Below the pieces are notes generated by a model. The model was not told the DNA's origin. It saw only the letters and a list, made by a program, of their open reading frames with translations, and did no database searches. This document shows positions 11,413 to 23,192 of a DNA stretch of 64,000 nucleotides, piece after piece. The position numbers were made by a program, and so were the translations under genes. Within the stretch, counting starts at the first letter, position 1. Each line of letters opens with the position of its first letter. Origin of the DNA: Rebecca billardiae RCC1528 (Eukaryota > Protista > Haptophyta); NCBI GenBank assembly GCA_965240325.2, contig OZ251229.1, positions 1,302,001 to 1,366,000 on the forward strand, given 5' to 3'.

Positions 11413-13147
11413 ATGATGCCCCGCGTCGCGACGGCTGCGCTCGTCGCGGCGGTGGCTCTGGGCTGCCTCTCGCCCGGAGGCGCCGGGCGCGGGGCCAGGA
11501 GCGCCAGAGGTGGCGCCTTCGGCGCGAGCCGCGCGCGCGGCCCCGTAGCCCGCCGCGCGGCCAAGGGCGCGGCGACCGCGGTCGACGACGTGCGTGCGTT
11601 CCGCAGACTGCTCGACGAGGAGCAGGTGGAGCTCTCCAGCCTGGACGTGCGCGGCGACACGGAGGTGCTGCGCGGGGGGTCAAAGATCCACCCGGTCCTC
11701 GCAGCCCTGCGCGAGCGCGCGGCCTCGCGCTCCAGACCCGGCCACCGCACAGACGGCATGCGCATCGGCCTTGCGATCGAGGGCGGCGGCATGCGCGGCG
11801 CGGTCGGCGCGGGCATGGTGGCGGCGCTGTTCGAGCTCGGGTACGCCGACGCGTTCGACGGCGTGTACGGCTCGAGCGCGGGCGCGCTCGTCGGCGCGTA
11901 CTTCGTCTCGCGCCAGCTCCCGCGCTTCGGCCCGTCGATCTACTACGAGTGCCTTGGAGACTCCGGGCGCAACTTCATCGACCCGGTGAAGCTCGTGCGC
12001 AGCGTGGGGCTGGGCGCGCTGCTGCTGCGGCAGTGGCTTAAGGACCGCAGGGGGCTGGGTGAGCCGGTGCTCGACCTGGACTACCTGCTCATCGACGTGA
12101 TGGAGCACGAGCGCCCGCTCGACTGGGCGGCGTTCACCGAGCACGACGTGCACACACCGCTGCGCGTGCTCGCGAGCGCGCTGGAGTCGCAGCGCGCGGT
12201 GGCGCTCGGCAGCCGAGAGGGCTGCTTCGGCTCGGTGTCGGAGCTGGGCCGCTGCCTGCGCGCGTCGATGCTGCTCCCGGGCATCACCGGCCCGCCCGTG
12301 CGCATCCCCGGCAGCCCCCTCGACGAGCCCCTCGCCGACGCTGTGCTGACGGAGCCCGTCCCGTTCCGCGCGGCCGTCGCGGAGGGCTGCACGCACGTGC
12401 TCGTGCTGCGCACCAAGCCCGACGGCGCGCGCGTGAGCAAGAAGCTCTCGATCGGCGAGGCGATGATCGCGCGGTGCGCGCGCGCGCGCCGTCCCGCCTG
12501 CGCGCCGCGCCGCGCACGCCCATGCCGACCGCGCCATGCCGACCGGCGCGGCGCCGCCGCTCACGCCGCCGCGCCTCGGCTCCGCGCCCGGCGCCCCGCG
12601 CCAGCCGCTACTTCGGGCGCAAGTTTAAGTTCCCAAAGATGCTGGAGCACATGCTCAACTCGCAGCACAAGCGCACGTACGCCGAGGACATCCTGCTCCT
12701 CAACGAGGGCGCGCGCGGCTCGCGCGTCACCGTGCCCATCCCTTCGCACGAGCACATGAGCGGCAAGCGCGAGGCCGCGGCCTTCTTAATGCCCGTAGCG
12801 CTGCCGGCCGGCTCGGAGGAGATGGGGAGGCTCGAGGTGCGCTCGATGCCCATCCTGCAGGTGCGGGCTGGCGCGCGCGCCGGCGCGCCATCCGCCGCCG
12901 CACGCGCCGCACGCCCGCGACACGCGCCGTCGACGAGCGCCGCCCGAGCGCCGCGCCGCTGACCCGGCCCGCCGCGCGCCGCGCTCGGCGCGCGCGCGCG
13001 CCACCTGCGCGCCACCCGCAGGCGATCCAGCGCGGCTTTGTCGCGACGTACGACGTGCTCGCGCCCGAGACGGTCGGCACGCCGAAGGGCGGCGCCAGCG
13101 TTGTCACGAGCGTCTTCCCAGACGCCCTGGTCGAGCCAGCCATATAG
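11413..13147 (+). CDS. Patatin-like phospholipase with signal-like N-terminus, 3 exons (11413-12473, 12605-12860, 13022-13147)
   Basis: Oxyanion motif EGGGMRG, nucleophile GSSAG, CLRASMLLPG and catalytic-Asp motif LADAVL. Both GT-AG introns restore frame (IARRYFGRK; PILQAIQRGF). Confidence 0.88.
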
Positions 13148-13772
13148 CGCGATGACTTGTGCGCGCGCTCGGCATCACCATCGTCGCCACCAGCTCTGGC
13201 GCTGCACACTGGCAGCGGGCGACGCTGTCGTGATATGGCGCATGCGCGCGGCGTGCAATGTGTGACCGTGCCTTCGTTGGCCTGACGCAGCGCTGGCGTC
13301 ATGCATTCGTCGAGCTGCGCAGTCCGTGCGCGCGCGCGCGGGGATGATGTCGCCGTCGGTCTCGGCGCGGATGACGACGGAGCGTCATGTCTCATGACGG
13401 TGATTGCGCTGATGCGGATGATGCTGCCTGCCGGCCGGCACTGCCTGCAGGCGTGTTCGCAGTGTTGGCTGCCAGTGTAGTGAGTGATCCGGACAGTGAG
13501 TATTCGATCGATTATGACTACGTACGATTGTTAATAGTAGAATATATATTACTAATACTGCTATAATATATATATATATATATATATATTGACGACGTGG
13601 TATGCAACGGGCAGTCGCGTAATTAATGTAGTACGACACGGCGGATGCGTCATGATTATTATTGATTGGCGCCGTACTCACAACTATATATAACGACTAC
13701 TCGACAGCAGTACTAGTAGTCGTAGTCCGGCAGGATCGTCTGATTCGTCGGTCATCGGCGGATTCGTGGCGT

Positions 13773-14594
13773 CTACGAGCAAGGCCAGAGCGGGTAGTTG
13801 CCCGTCGTGCCGCCGCCAGCACCGTCGTCGCCTGTTATTGAGCCCGCGAGCTCAGCCTCTGCCAGCGCCAGCGCACGCTTGCATTCGGTCCGGATGAAGC
13901 TGGAGAAGTCGCGCTCGCTCAGCGAGCCCGGCTCCGAGCTCTGCGCCAGCCGGAAGTACTCGACCGCCTTGGCGTACTCGCCGCGCCTGTAGAAGGCGAC
14001 AGCGACATAGTAGGCGTTGCGCTGCGTGCACGCCACGCCCAGCGCAGCCTGCAGCTGCCTCACCCCCTCGTCGAGGTTGCGGTACGGCCACGGCGCGGCG
14101 GTGAAGAAGCAGCCGAGCATCGCGTACCCCAGCCCGGACTCGTGATCCGGGTCGAGGCGGATCAGCCGCTCGGCGTTCGCCCTGTGAACGTTGGCCGCGC
14201 CGGCGAGCGCCTGCTCGATGATGCCCTTCGACGCACCGGCGTACATGTACGCGTCCGCGTACACCGCGGCGGCGCGCGCGTCGTCGGGGCGCGCACGGTG
14301 CGCGCGCGCAGCGAGCTCGAGCGCGCGCGGGCCCATCTGCGCCCAGACCGCCTTGTGCTCCGGCGTGTCGAGCAGCCCGTCGATCGTGATGGCGTTTGAG
14401 TGCGTCCTCACGCGCATCACGCCGTTCATCGCGTCTGCGAGCTTGAGCTGAAGCTCGAGGTTCTCGGGCTCGTGCGCGAGGGCGCTGCCGTACAGCTCCA
14501 CCGCGCGCTCGAGCTGAGGCAGCTCGCGGTGCTGCATCAGGGCGTCCGCGCGCAGCGTGGCGTCTGACACGTCGGTCGGATCGGCTGAGGGCAT
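13773..14594 (-). CDS. TPR-repeat protein (273 aa)
   Basis: TPR-like helices AVELYGSALAHEPEN, AERLIRLDPD...GYAMLG and YYVAVAFYRRGEYAKAVEYFRLA. Confidence 0.8.
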   Translation of the reverse strand: MPSADPTDVSDATLRADALMQHRELPQLERAVELYGSALAHEPENLELQLKLADAMNGVMRVRTHSNAITIDGLLDTPEHKAVWAQMGPRALELAARAHRARPDDARAAAVYADAYMYAGASKGIIEQALAGAANVHRANAERLIRLDPDHESGLGYAMLGCFFTAAPWPYRNLDEGVRQLQAALGVACTQRNAYYVAVAFYRRGEYAKAVEYFRLAQSSEPGSLSERDFSSFIRTECKRALALAEAELAGSITGDDGAGGGTTGNYPLWPCS

Positions 14595-14926
14595 TGCCGG
14601 GGGATCGGCGTGAGCTGGTCTGCGGCGGGGCGGCCGGCCGGTCGCTCGGCCGTCGGCGGAGGATCGGCGCGCCGGCGGCGGGCGCGACGACAGTTGAGCC
14701 TTGAGACGAATCGAAAGATCCCCGCCGCTTGTACAGTTTATTTGTTTTAACGTGCGTAAGGCTCACGGTGGCAGGTTGCCGCGCCATCTACTATTTTGTA
14801 TGGATCATACTGTACACACGGCCCTTGCTGTACAGTCGTACCGTGCGTACAGTGCTTGAAATCCCAGGATGATCTGGTCTTCAGACACAACCCGAGCACT
14901 GACGCGCGGACGGGCGCGCCGGTGCG

Positions 14927-17256
14927 TCAGCCGTCCTCCTGCGGCTCGGGCGGCAGGCGGCCGTACAGCCGCTCGTAGCGGCTGAGCTGGTGCACGCCCT
15001 GCGCGTGCCGGTACTTGAGCTCCTCCACCTCGTCGAAGAACTCGGGCGAGAGTGCGGCGAGCTCGGCCTGCGCCGCGTCGTGCGCGGCGCGCAGCTCGCG
15101 CAGCTCGGCCTCGGCGCGCTCGTGCGCGCCGCGCAGCTCGGCGAGCTCGCGCTCGGCGGCGGCGGCGCGCGCGCGCGTCTGGTCGGCCTCGGTGCGCGCT
15201 GCGCCCAGCTCGGTCGCGTGCGCCCGCGCCTCCCCGCCGTGGCCGTCCGCGCCGCCGAGCGCCTCGAGCCGTTCCTCTGCCGCGTCCGCGCGCTCCGACT
15301 CTGCGCCCAGCTGCGCGCCCAGCTGCACGAGCATCGACGCCTTGCGGGAGAGCTCCGCCTCTTTCTGCGAGAGCGCCGCGCGCAGAGCCTCGAACGCGGC
15401 CGCGTCCGCGCCCTCGCGCGCGCCGCCGGCCGCGCCGCCGCCGCCGCTCGGCGCGGCGGCGGCGGCGCGGCCGGGCGCGGCGCGCGCGGCCTGCGCCTGC
15501 GCCGTCGCGAGCTGCGAGCGCATCGCTGCCAGCTCCTCGCCCAGCCGCTGCCGCTCCGCCTCCGCCTCCGCCGCCGCCTTGCGCGCCGCCTTGCGTTGCT
15601 GCGGGGCGCGGCGGCGCGGCGCGGCGCGGCGGGCACGGGCGGCGCGGAGCGCGCGGCCGTGAGCGCGTGTGTGAGCGCGCGCGCGGCCGCGTGCCGCCTT
15701 CAGCTCGGCGCAAGCGCGCGCGCGCGCGCTCTCGCGCGCTGCTGCGCTGCCGCGCCGCTGCGCCGCTGCGCGTGTGCTGCGCGCGCGCACGCACCTCAGC
15801 GAGCTGCTTGGAGTGGGAGTCGCGCGCGGCGGCCAGCCTGGCGCGCGCATCCGTCAGCGCCACCTGCAGCTCAGCACCGCCCGCGCCCTCGCCGCCGCGA
15901 GCCGCGGCGCCGGCCGCGGCGCCGCCTGCGCGCGGCGCGCGGCGCGCGCGGCGCTCGCGCGCGGCGTGGCGTGTCACGCGGCGCGGCGCGAGGCGCGCTC
16001 GGCCGCGCGCGCGCGGGCGCATGCGCAGGCGCGCGCGAGGCGGCGCGTGCCGGCCGCACCTCCCTGCCGATGCTCCGAGCCCGCTGGCCTCTGCGTCTGC
16101 GGCCCCTTGGCGGCCGCCTCCGCGCGCGCCACTCGCTTGCGCAGGCTCTCGTTCTCCGCGCGCAGCGTGTCCGCCACGCGCCGCAGCGACTCCATCGCCA
16201 CCTTGGTCTCTGACAGCTGCTGGCGCGCGCCCGCGGCGCTGGCGGACGGGGCGCCGCCCTGCGCAGGCTGCGGCGCCCGCGCGCCCGCGCTTGCCGGCCG
16301 CCGCGCGGCGCCCGCCGGCGGCGGCGGCGGCTGCTGCTGCCCGCCCCGGCTCGCTGCCCGTGCCTCGCCGCCCGCGCCGCCGCCTGCCGCGAGCACCGCC
16401 TGCCGGTAGATCTCGAGGTCGCGCACGCGCGCCTGCCGGGCGGACGGTCGCGCGGGGAAAGGCGGCGCGCACCGCGGCGCCGCGTGCCACGTGCGCGCGC
16501 GCGCCATGCGGCGGGGACCGAGTCAGGCCGTGGCGCGGCGCGCGTGCGAGGACGGCGCGACGGCTTGCGAGGGCGCGTGCGCACCTCGAGCTGGGAGTTG
16601 CGCACGCGCAGCGTCTCTGCGTCCAGCGCCGCCTCGAGCGCGCTCGAAGCGTCGGCGCCGCCGGCCGCGCCGGGCCGTGCCGCCGCGCCGCGCGCGCCCG
16701 AGCTCTGCAGCTGCCGACTGAGTGCGGCCGCTTCGGCGTGCGCCGCCTCGAGCTGCGCGGCGAGCTGCTCGCGCGGCGCGAGCGAGCGCAGCGCCTCCGC
16801 CGCGCTGCTGTCGATCCCGGCGCGCGCCTCCTCCAGCTGCAAGCGCGGCCGCAGCGCGCAGCGCGGGCGGGCGGGCCGGGCGCGCGGCGCGGCTCAGCGC
16901 GGCGGGCGCGCGGCGCGCGGCGCGCGGCGCGGCGCGTGCGGCGCGTGCTGCGAGGTCGGCGCGGCGGGTCGGTCGGTCGGGCGGGCGCGCGTGCCTGCTT
17001 GCGCAGCGCGGCCGCGTCGGCGAGCGCGGCGTCGCGCTCCGCCACGAGCCGCTCCGCCCTCTGCGCCGCGCCCTCCGCCCGCTCCTCTGCGCGGCCGAGC
17101 GCGGCCTCTCGTTCCTCCAGCCGCGCTCGGAGCGCGTCCAATCGGCGCTGGGCGCGCTTCTCCGCCTCCCACCGCGAGACGGCGGCGGCGGAGGCGGCGG
17201 CGGCCTCGGCGGAGCGGACGGTGGCGGCGTTGGCGGCGCGCGCGGGCGAGCCCTCC

Positions 17257-17291
<35 letters not shown>

Positions 17292-20200
17292 CGGCTGCGC
17301 GGCCGCGGCGGCGGCGGCGGCGGCGGCGGCCTTGGCGGCGGCGGCGCGCTCGGCCGCGCGGCCGGCGTCGCGCAGCTGGGCCCTCAGCGCCTCCGCCTCG
17401 CGCTTCGCGGCGTCGCGCGCGGCCTCGGCGGTGGAGAGGCGCTGGGCGAGCACCGCCGCGCGCGCCGCCTCCTCCGCGACCGCCTCCGCGCCCGTCGCCG
17501 CCGCCGCGCTCGCCTGCCGCCGCGCGTCCGCCGCGCGCGCCGCCTCGCGCTCGCGCGCCGCGCGTTCGCGCTCGAGCGCGCGCACCGCGCCCGCGTGCGC
17601 GGCGGCGGGCGAGCCAAAGTCCTCGGCGGGCGCGCGGCGCGCGTGCGCGGTGGTGGGCGGGTGCGCCCCGAGCGGCGCGTCGCGCTCCGGCGTGCGCGCG
17701 CGCGCCCGGCCCTCCGCGTCCGCGAGCCGCGCGCGCAGCTCGGCCGCGCCCGCCTCCGCGCGCTCGGCGCGCTGCCGCTGCGCGCCCTCTGTCGCGCGCA
17801 GCTCCGCGGCGCGCTTGGCCTCGGTGTGCCGCTCGACGGTGAGGCGGTGCGCGGCGGCCTCGAGCCGGGCGACCTCGGCGCGCAGCGAGCGCGCCTCCTC
17901 GCGCGCCGCCGCCTCGCGCTTGCGCAGCGGCGCCACCTCCTCCGTCAGGCGGCGCAGCCGGCTCTGCAGCTCGGCCGCGCGGCGCGCGCCGCCCGCGCCG
18001 CCGCCGCCGCCGTCCGCGTGCGCGCTGGCGGCGGCCGCCTCGCGCGCCGCGTCGCGCTCGGCGATGGCGGCGTCGGCGCGCGCCTGCGCCTCGGCGGCCT
18101 GCGCGGTGAGCTTGAGCAGCTCGTCCCGCACCGAGCCCAGCGCCGCCTTCATGTCGCCCAGCTTCGAGTCGCGCGCCTTGAGCTGCGAGCGCAGCTGCGC
18201 GGCCACCTTCCCGCTCGCGGCGGCGGCCGCGGCCGCGTCGGCTGGGGTGGCGGCGGCGGCGGCGGTCGCGGCGGCGGCGGCGGCGGTGGCGTCGGCGTGC
18301 GCGCGCGCGTACGCGGTGGCGTGCTCGCCCGGCCGCGCCGCCGCCGCCGCCGCCTCCGCCGCCGCCGCCGCTGCCGCCGCGCGCGCCGCCTCCTCCTCTG
18401 CGGCGCGCTCGGCCGCGGCCGCCGCCGCCTCGGCGCTCGCTTGCGCCGCGCGCGCGTCCGCGAGCTGCTCGCGCAGCGCCATCGCGTCCGCGGCGCTCTC
18501 GTGCAGCCGCTCGCGCGTGGCGCCGAGCTCGTGCGCCGCGGCGCGCGCGCGCGTGGACAGCTCGGCGATCGCCGCGTCCTTCTCCGCCAGCACCTCGTCC
18601 AGCTGCGCCGCCGCGAGGCCGGCGACGCCGCCCGCCGCGCCGCCGCCCGCGCCGCCCGCGGCCGCGGCCGCGTCAATGCGCTCGAGCCCGTGGCGCAGCG
18701 CGTTGGCGTCGGCCTCGCGCGCGGCGTGCAGCTGGTCGGTGAGCTGCGCGACGCGCTCGGCGTGCCCCGCCTGCGCGCGCTCCAGCGCGCGCCGCGCGTC
18801 CGCCAGCTGCGCGCCGAGCGCGTCCACCTCAGCCTGCTTTGCGTCGAGTTGCTGCCGCGCCGCGTGCGCGGACAGCTGCGCGAGCGCGGCGATGCGCGCC
18901 GCGCGGCCGTCGCCGTCGCGCGCGGCGCCGCGCGCCTCGTCGAGCGCGGCGGCGGTGTCCGCCGCGGCGGTGGCCGCGCCGCCCAGCCGCGACACCTCCG
19001 CGCGCAGCCGCGCGCCCTCCGCCTCCGCCGCGCGCCGCGCCTCCTCCGCCTCCGCCTCCGCCTCTCGCGCGCGCGCGCGCTCGGCCGTGGCCTGGTCGAG
19101 CGCGCGCTCGGCGGCGGACAGCCGCGCGGCCAGCGCGGCGCCGTGCTCGCGCGCCGCGTCGAGCTTGTCGACGAGGGAGCGCGCGCGCGCGCCCTCCGTC
19201 TGCGCGGGCGGCGGCGGCGCGGCGCCCTCATGACCGCCGCCGCCGCCGCCGCGCGCCGCCGCGCCCGCCGCGCCCGCCGCGCCCGCCGCGAGCGGGTCGG
19301 CGGCCGCCGCGCCGCCGCGCGAGGGCGAGGGCGAAGGCGAAGGCGAGGGCGGGAGGGCTGACGCCTCGGAGGCGGCGAGCGCGAGCTCGCGCGCGCGCCG
19401 CCGCGCGATCCGCGTGCGACGCGCCGCCTCGCCCGCCTCGCCGCCCGCGCCGCCGCCCGCGCCGCCGCCGTCGGCGTCGTCGGCGTTTGCCTGCTCATCC
19501 GAAGAGGAGGCGGCGGCGCCGTCGGCGCGCGCGGCGCTGGGCTCGTGCGCGCGCGCGGCGTCGGCGGCGCCCTGGCTCTCGCGCAGCAGCTCGCGCAGCG
19601 ACGCCTTGTCCAGCGCCGCCTGCCGCGCCGCGTGCGCCGCCCGCTCCTCCGCGCGCACCAAGCCCTCCTCCGCCCGGTCGCGCTCGGCAGCGGCCGCTGC
19701 AGCTGTCGCCTGCTCACGCGCGAGAGCGTGCTTCGCACCCTCTGCCTCGCGCGTGGCGCGGAGGAGGGCGACGCGGAGGCGCGCGGTCTCCTCCGCGAGC
19801 TGCGCGAGCGAGAGCAGCCGCTCCGTCGCCTGCGGCCCCTTCTTCAGCGCGTGCACCAGCCGCTCCGCCTCCGCCGCGCGCTGCTCGGCCGCGGCAGCGT
19901 CCGTGCGAGCTCTTAGCAGCTCGGCGCCGCGCGCCGCCGCGTCGGCCGCGGCCGCGTCGGCGCGGCGCGAGGCGTGGGCGAGGGAGGCGGAGACGCGCGT
20001 GAGCTCGGCGAGCGAGACCGCGCCCACGCACCTCAGCTCCGCCTCCGCGAGCTGCGCCTGCACCGCCGCCGCCTCGGCGCGCGCCGCCTCGCGCGCGGCC
20101 GCGCCCGCCTCCTGCGCTGTGTTCAGCTCAGCGCGCGCCGCGCGCGCGGCCGCGCGCTCCGCCTCGGCGCGCTCGCGCTGCGCGGCCTCACGCCGGCGCG

Positions 20201-20782
20201 CGTCGGCCTCGGAGAGGCGCAGCTGCATGAGCTCCCACGCGCCGCGCGCCGCCGCCGCCTCCTCCTCGTCCGCGCTCGCCGCGCCCGCCTGCAGCGCCTC
20301 GGCGCGCGCCGCGAGCTGCGCGCCGAGCGCATGCAGCTTGGCTTCGAGCTGGGCGCCGCGCCGCGCCGCCGCCGCCTCACGTGCCTCCGCGCGCTCCGCG
20401 GCGGCGCGCTGCGCGGCGGCCTCGCGCTCCGCGCCCTCCGCGCGCGCGCGCAGCGCCTCCGCCGCCTCGCCCACCACCGCGCCCGCCAGCTCGGCGCGCG
20501 CGCGCGCCTCGGCCGCCCTCGCGTCGTCGAGCGCGCGCGCCAACGCCGCGTGCCGCTCGGCGGCTGAGGACAGCCGCGCGCGCAGCTCAGTGCGGTCGGC
20601 GGCGGCGTCTGCGAGCTGGCGCTCGGCGACCTCGGCGCGCTTCGACGCGGTCGCCTCCGACACCTCCAGCTCGTACAGCCGCGCGCGCGGCGGCGGCGCG
20701 TCCGACGGCAGCGGCCGCTCGGCGGCGGCGGCGCCGCCGGCGCCGCCGCTCGGCGCCGCCGCGGCCGCGGCCGCGAGCGGGT

Positions 20783-20818
<36 letters not shown>

Positions 20819-21847
20819 GCGCGCCGTGCCGCGCGCGCGCGGGCGCGGGCGCGGCCGAGTCGGCGGCGCGCGCGAGCTGCAGCACGTGCCGCCGCGCCAC
20901 CTCCTCCGCCGCGCCCGCCGCCTCCGCGCGCGACACCGCCGCGTCGCGCTCGGCGGCGACGGCGGCGAGCTGCGCGCGCACCGCGGCCGCGTCCGCCGCC
21001 TCGGCCGCGAGTGCGGCCTCGCGCGACGCGAGGTCGGCGGCGGTGGCGCCGAGGCGGGCGGCGTCGGCGCGCGCGGCGCGGAGCGAGGCGGCGGGCACGC
21101 TGAGCGCCAGCTTCGCCTCCGCCACCGCCGCGCGCACCTCCGCCGCGCGCGCCGCGCGGCGCAGATCGGCGCTCGCGCCGTCCGCGTCCGCCGCGGCCGA
21201 CGCCGCCTCGGCCGCCGCGGCCGCGCGCTCGGCGCGCAGCGTGCGCACCTCAGCGTTGAGCGAGTCGAGGCGGCGCGAGGCCTCGAGCCGCTCGGCGCGG
21301 AGCAGCGTGAGCTGCCGCCCGAGCAGCGCCGCGTGCCGCTGCCCCTCGTCGCCCTTCGCGCCGATCGCGTCGACCGTCTCCGAGAGCGTGCGCAGCCGCA
21401 CCGCGTCCGCGTCCCGGCGCGCGGCCGCGTGCACGGCCGCGCGCCGCGCCTCCGCCGCCTCCGCCTTGGCGCCGCGCAGCTCGCGCGTGGCCGAGGCGTA
21501 CAGCTGGCGCTGCGTCTCGTGCAGCTCGTCCAGCGCGGCGCGGTACACGCCCAGCTCGCCCTCGAGCGCGCCGAGCTCGTCGTCGCGCGCCGAGAGCGCC
21601 GCCATCGCCTCGACGAGCTGGGCGTGGAGCGCCGCCGCCACCGACAGCGGCACCGCCGCCGCGCCCGCGCCGGGCGGCGGCGGCGCCGGCCGCGCGGGCG
21701 GCGGCGCGGAGGCGGCGTGCTCGCTCGACGACGCCGGGCGCGAAGCCGAGTGCCACGAGGCGCCCTCCGCCGCGCCTGGGTGCGACGGCAGCTGCGCGGG
21801 CGCCAGCCTGTCCCCAGGCCTGCGCGCCGGCTGCCGCGGCCCGCCGC

Positions 21848-21880
<33 letters not shown>

Positions 21881-23151
21881 TGTTGCCGCCGCCGCCGCCA
21901 TGCGGCAGCAGCAGGCCCTGGCGCTCCATCTCGAGATCGTCGTGCTCGGGCTGCGCCGAGAGCGCCGAGTGCGCGCGCGCGCCGCCCGGCGCACCCGCGT
22001 CCGGCTGCGGGTAGAGCGCGCTGCTGCCGCCGCCGGATGCGGCCGTGCTGGGCCGAGTCGACATCAGGCCGCCGCCTGCGCCGCCTCCGCCGCCTCCGCC
22101 GCTGCCGCCGCCGCCGCCGCCGCCGCCGCTGCCGCTGCCGAGCAGCAGCTGCGGAGGGAACGCGGCGGCGTCGGCGAGGCCGGCGGTGGCGGAGATGCCC
22201 GCGGCCTGCCGCGCGTACCGCAGCTCGCGGCGCAGCGAGCTCACCTCCTCCTCCGCCTTCATCTGGCCGCGCCGCGCCGCCTCGAGGTCTGACGAGCGCA
22301 CAGCCAGCTCGGCGGTCAAAGCCTGCAGCCGCTCGCGGACGCGCCGCCCGCCCGCGCCGCCCGCGCCCGCGCCCGCGTACGCGCCGGCGGCGGCGGCGTG
22401 TGCCGGCGGCGGTGGCGCGGGCTCGGCGGCGGCCGAGCCGGGCGTGCCGACGCAGCTGCTTCGCGAGGCGCCGTGCGCCGCGCCGCCCGCCGCCGCCGGC
22501 GCGCGCGGCGTCGCGGCCCACGGCGCGCCGTCGCCGCCGCCGGCGATCGGCGGCGCGGCGGCAGCGTCCGCCCAGCCGGGGCCGGCCGAGCCGTCGGCCA
22601 CGTCCCTCAGCAGCGCCTCCTCCGCGTCGATCGCCTCGAGCCGCGCGTCCAGCCGCGCGAGCACCGCGGACATGGCGCCCGCCGTGTGCGCCGTGGGCGG
22701 CGGCGCGGCGCGCGGTGCCGCGGCGGCGGTGGGCGCGGGCGAGGCGGCGGAGCAGCTGTGGCCGCCGCCGCCCGGCGCGGCCGGCGGCGGCGCGGCCGCC
22801 GCGCCGCCGCCGCCGCCCGCGAGCGCGAGCAGCGGGTCGGCCGAGGCGGCGGCGCCACGCTCGGCGCCCACCGCCGCGCCGCCGCCGCCGGTCGCGAGCG
22901 CAAGCAGCGGGTCTGGCGCGCCGCCGGCCGGCGGCGGCGGCGGCGTCGCGGGCGGCGCGCCCGGCGTGGGCGCGGCGGCGGCGGGGTGCGTCGGCTGCGC
23001 GTCGGCGCCTGTCGCGAGCGCGAGGAGCGGGTCCGACGCGCGCGCGGGCGGCGGCTCGGCGGCGCTCGGCGGCGCGCCCGCGCGCACGTCGAGCGCGGCG
23101 GCCGCGAGCGGGTCGGCGGGCGCTGCGCGGCGCGAAGGCGGCGGCGGCGGC

Positions 23152-23192
<41 letters not shown>

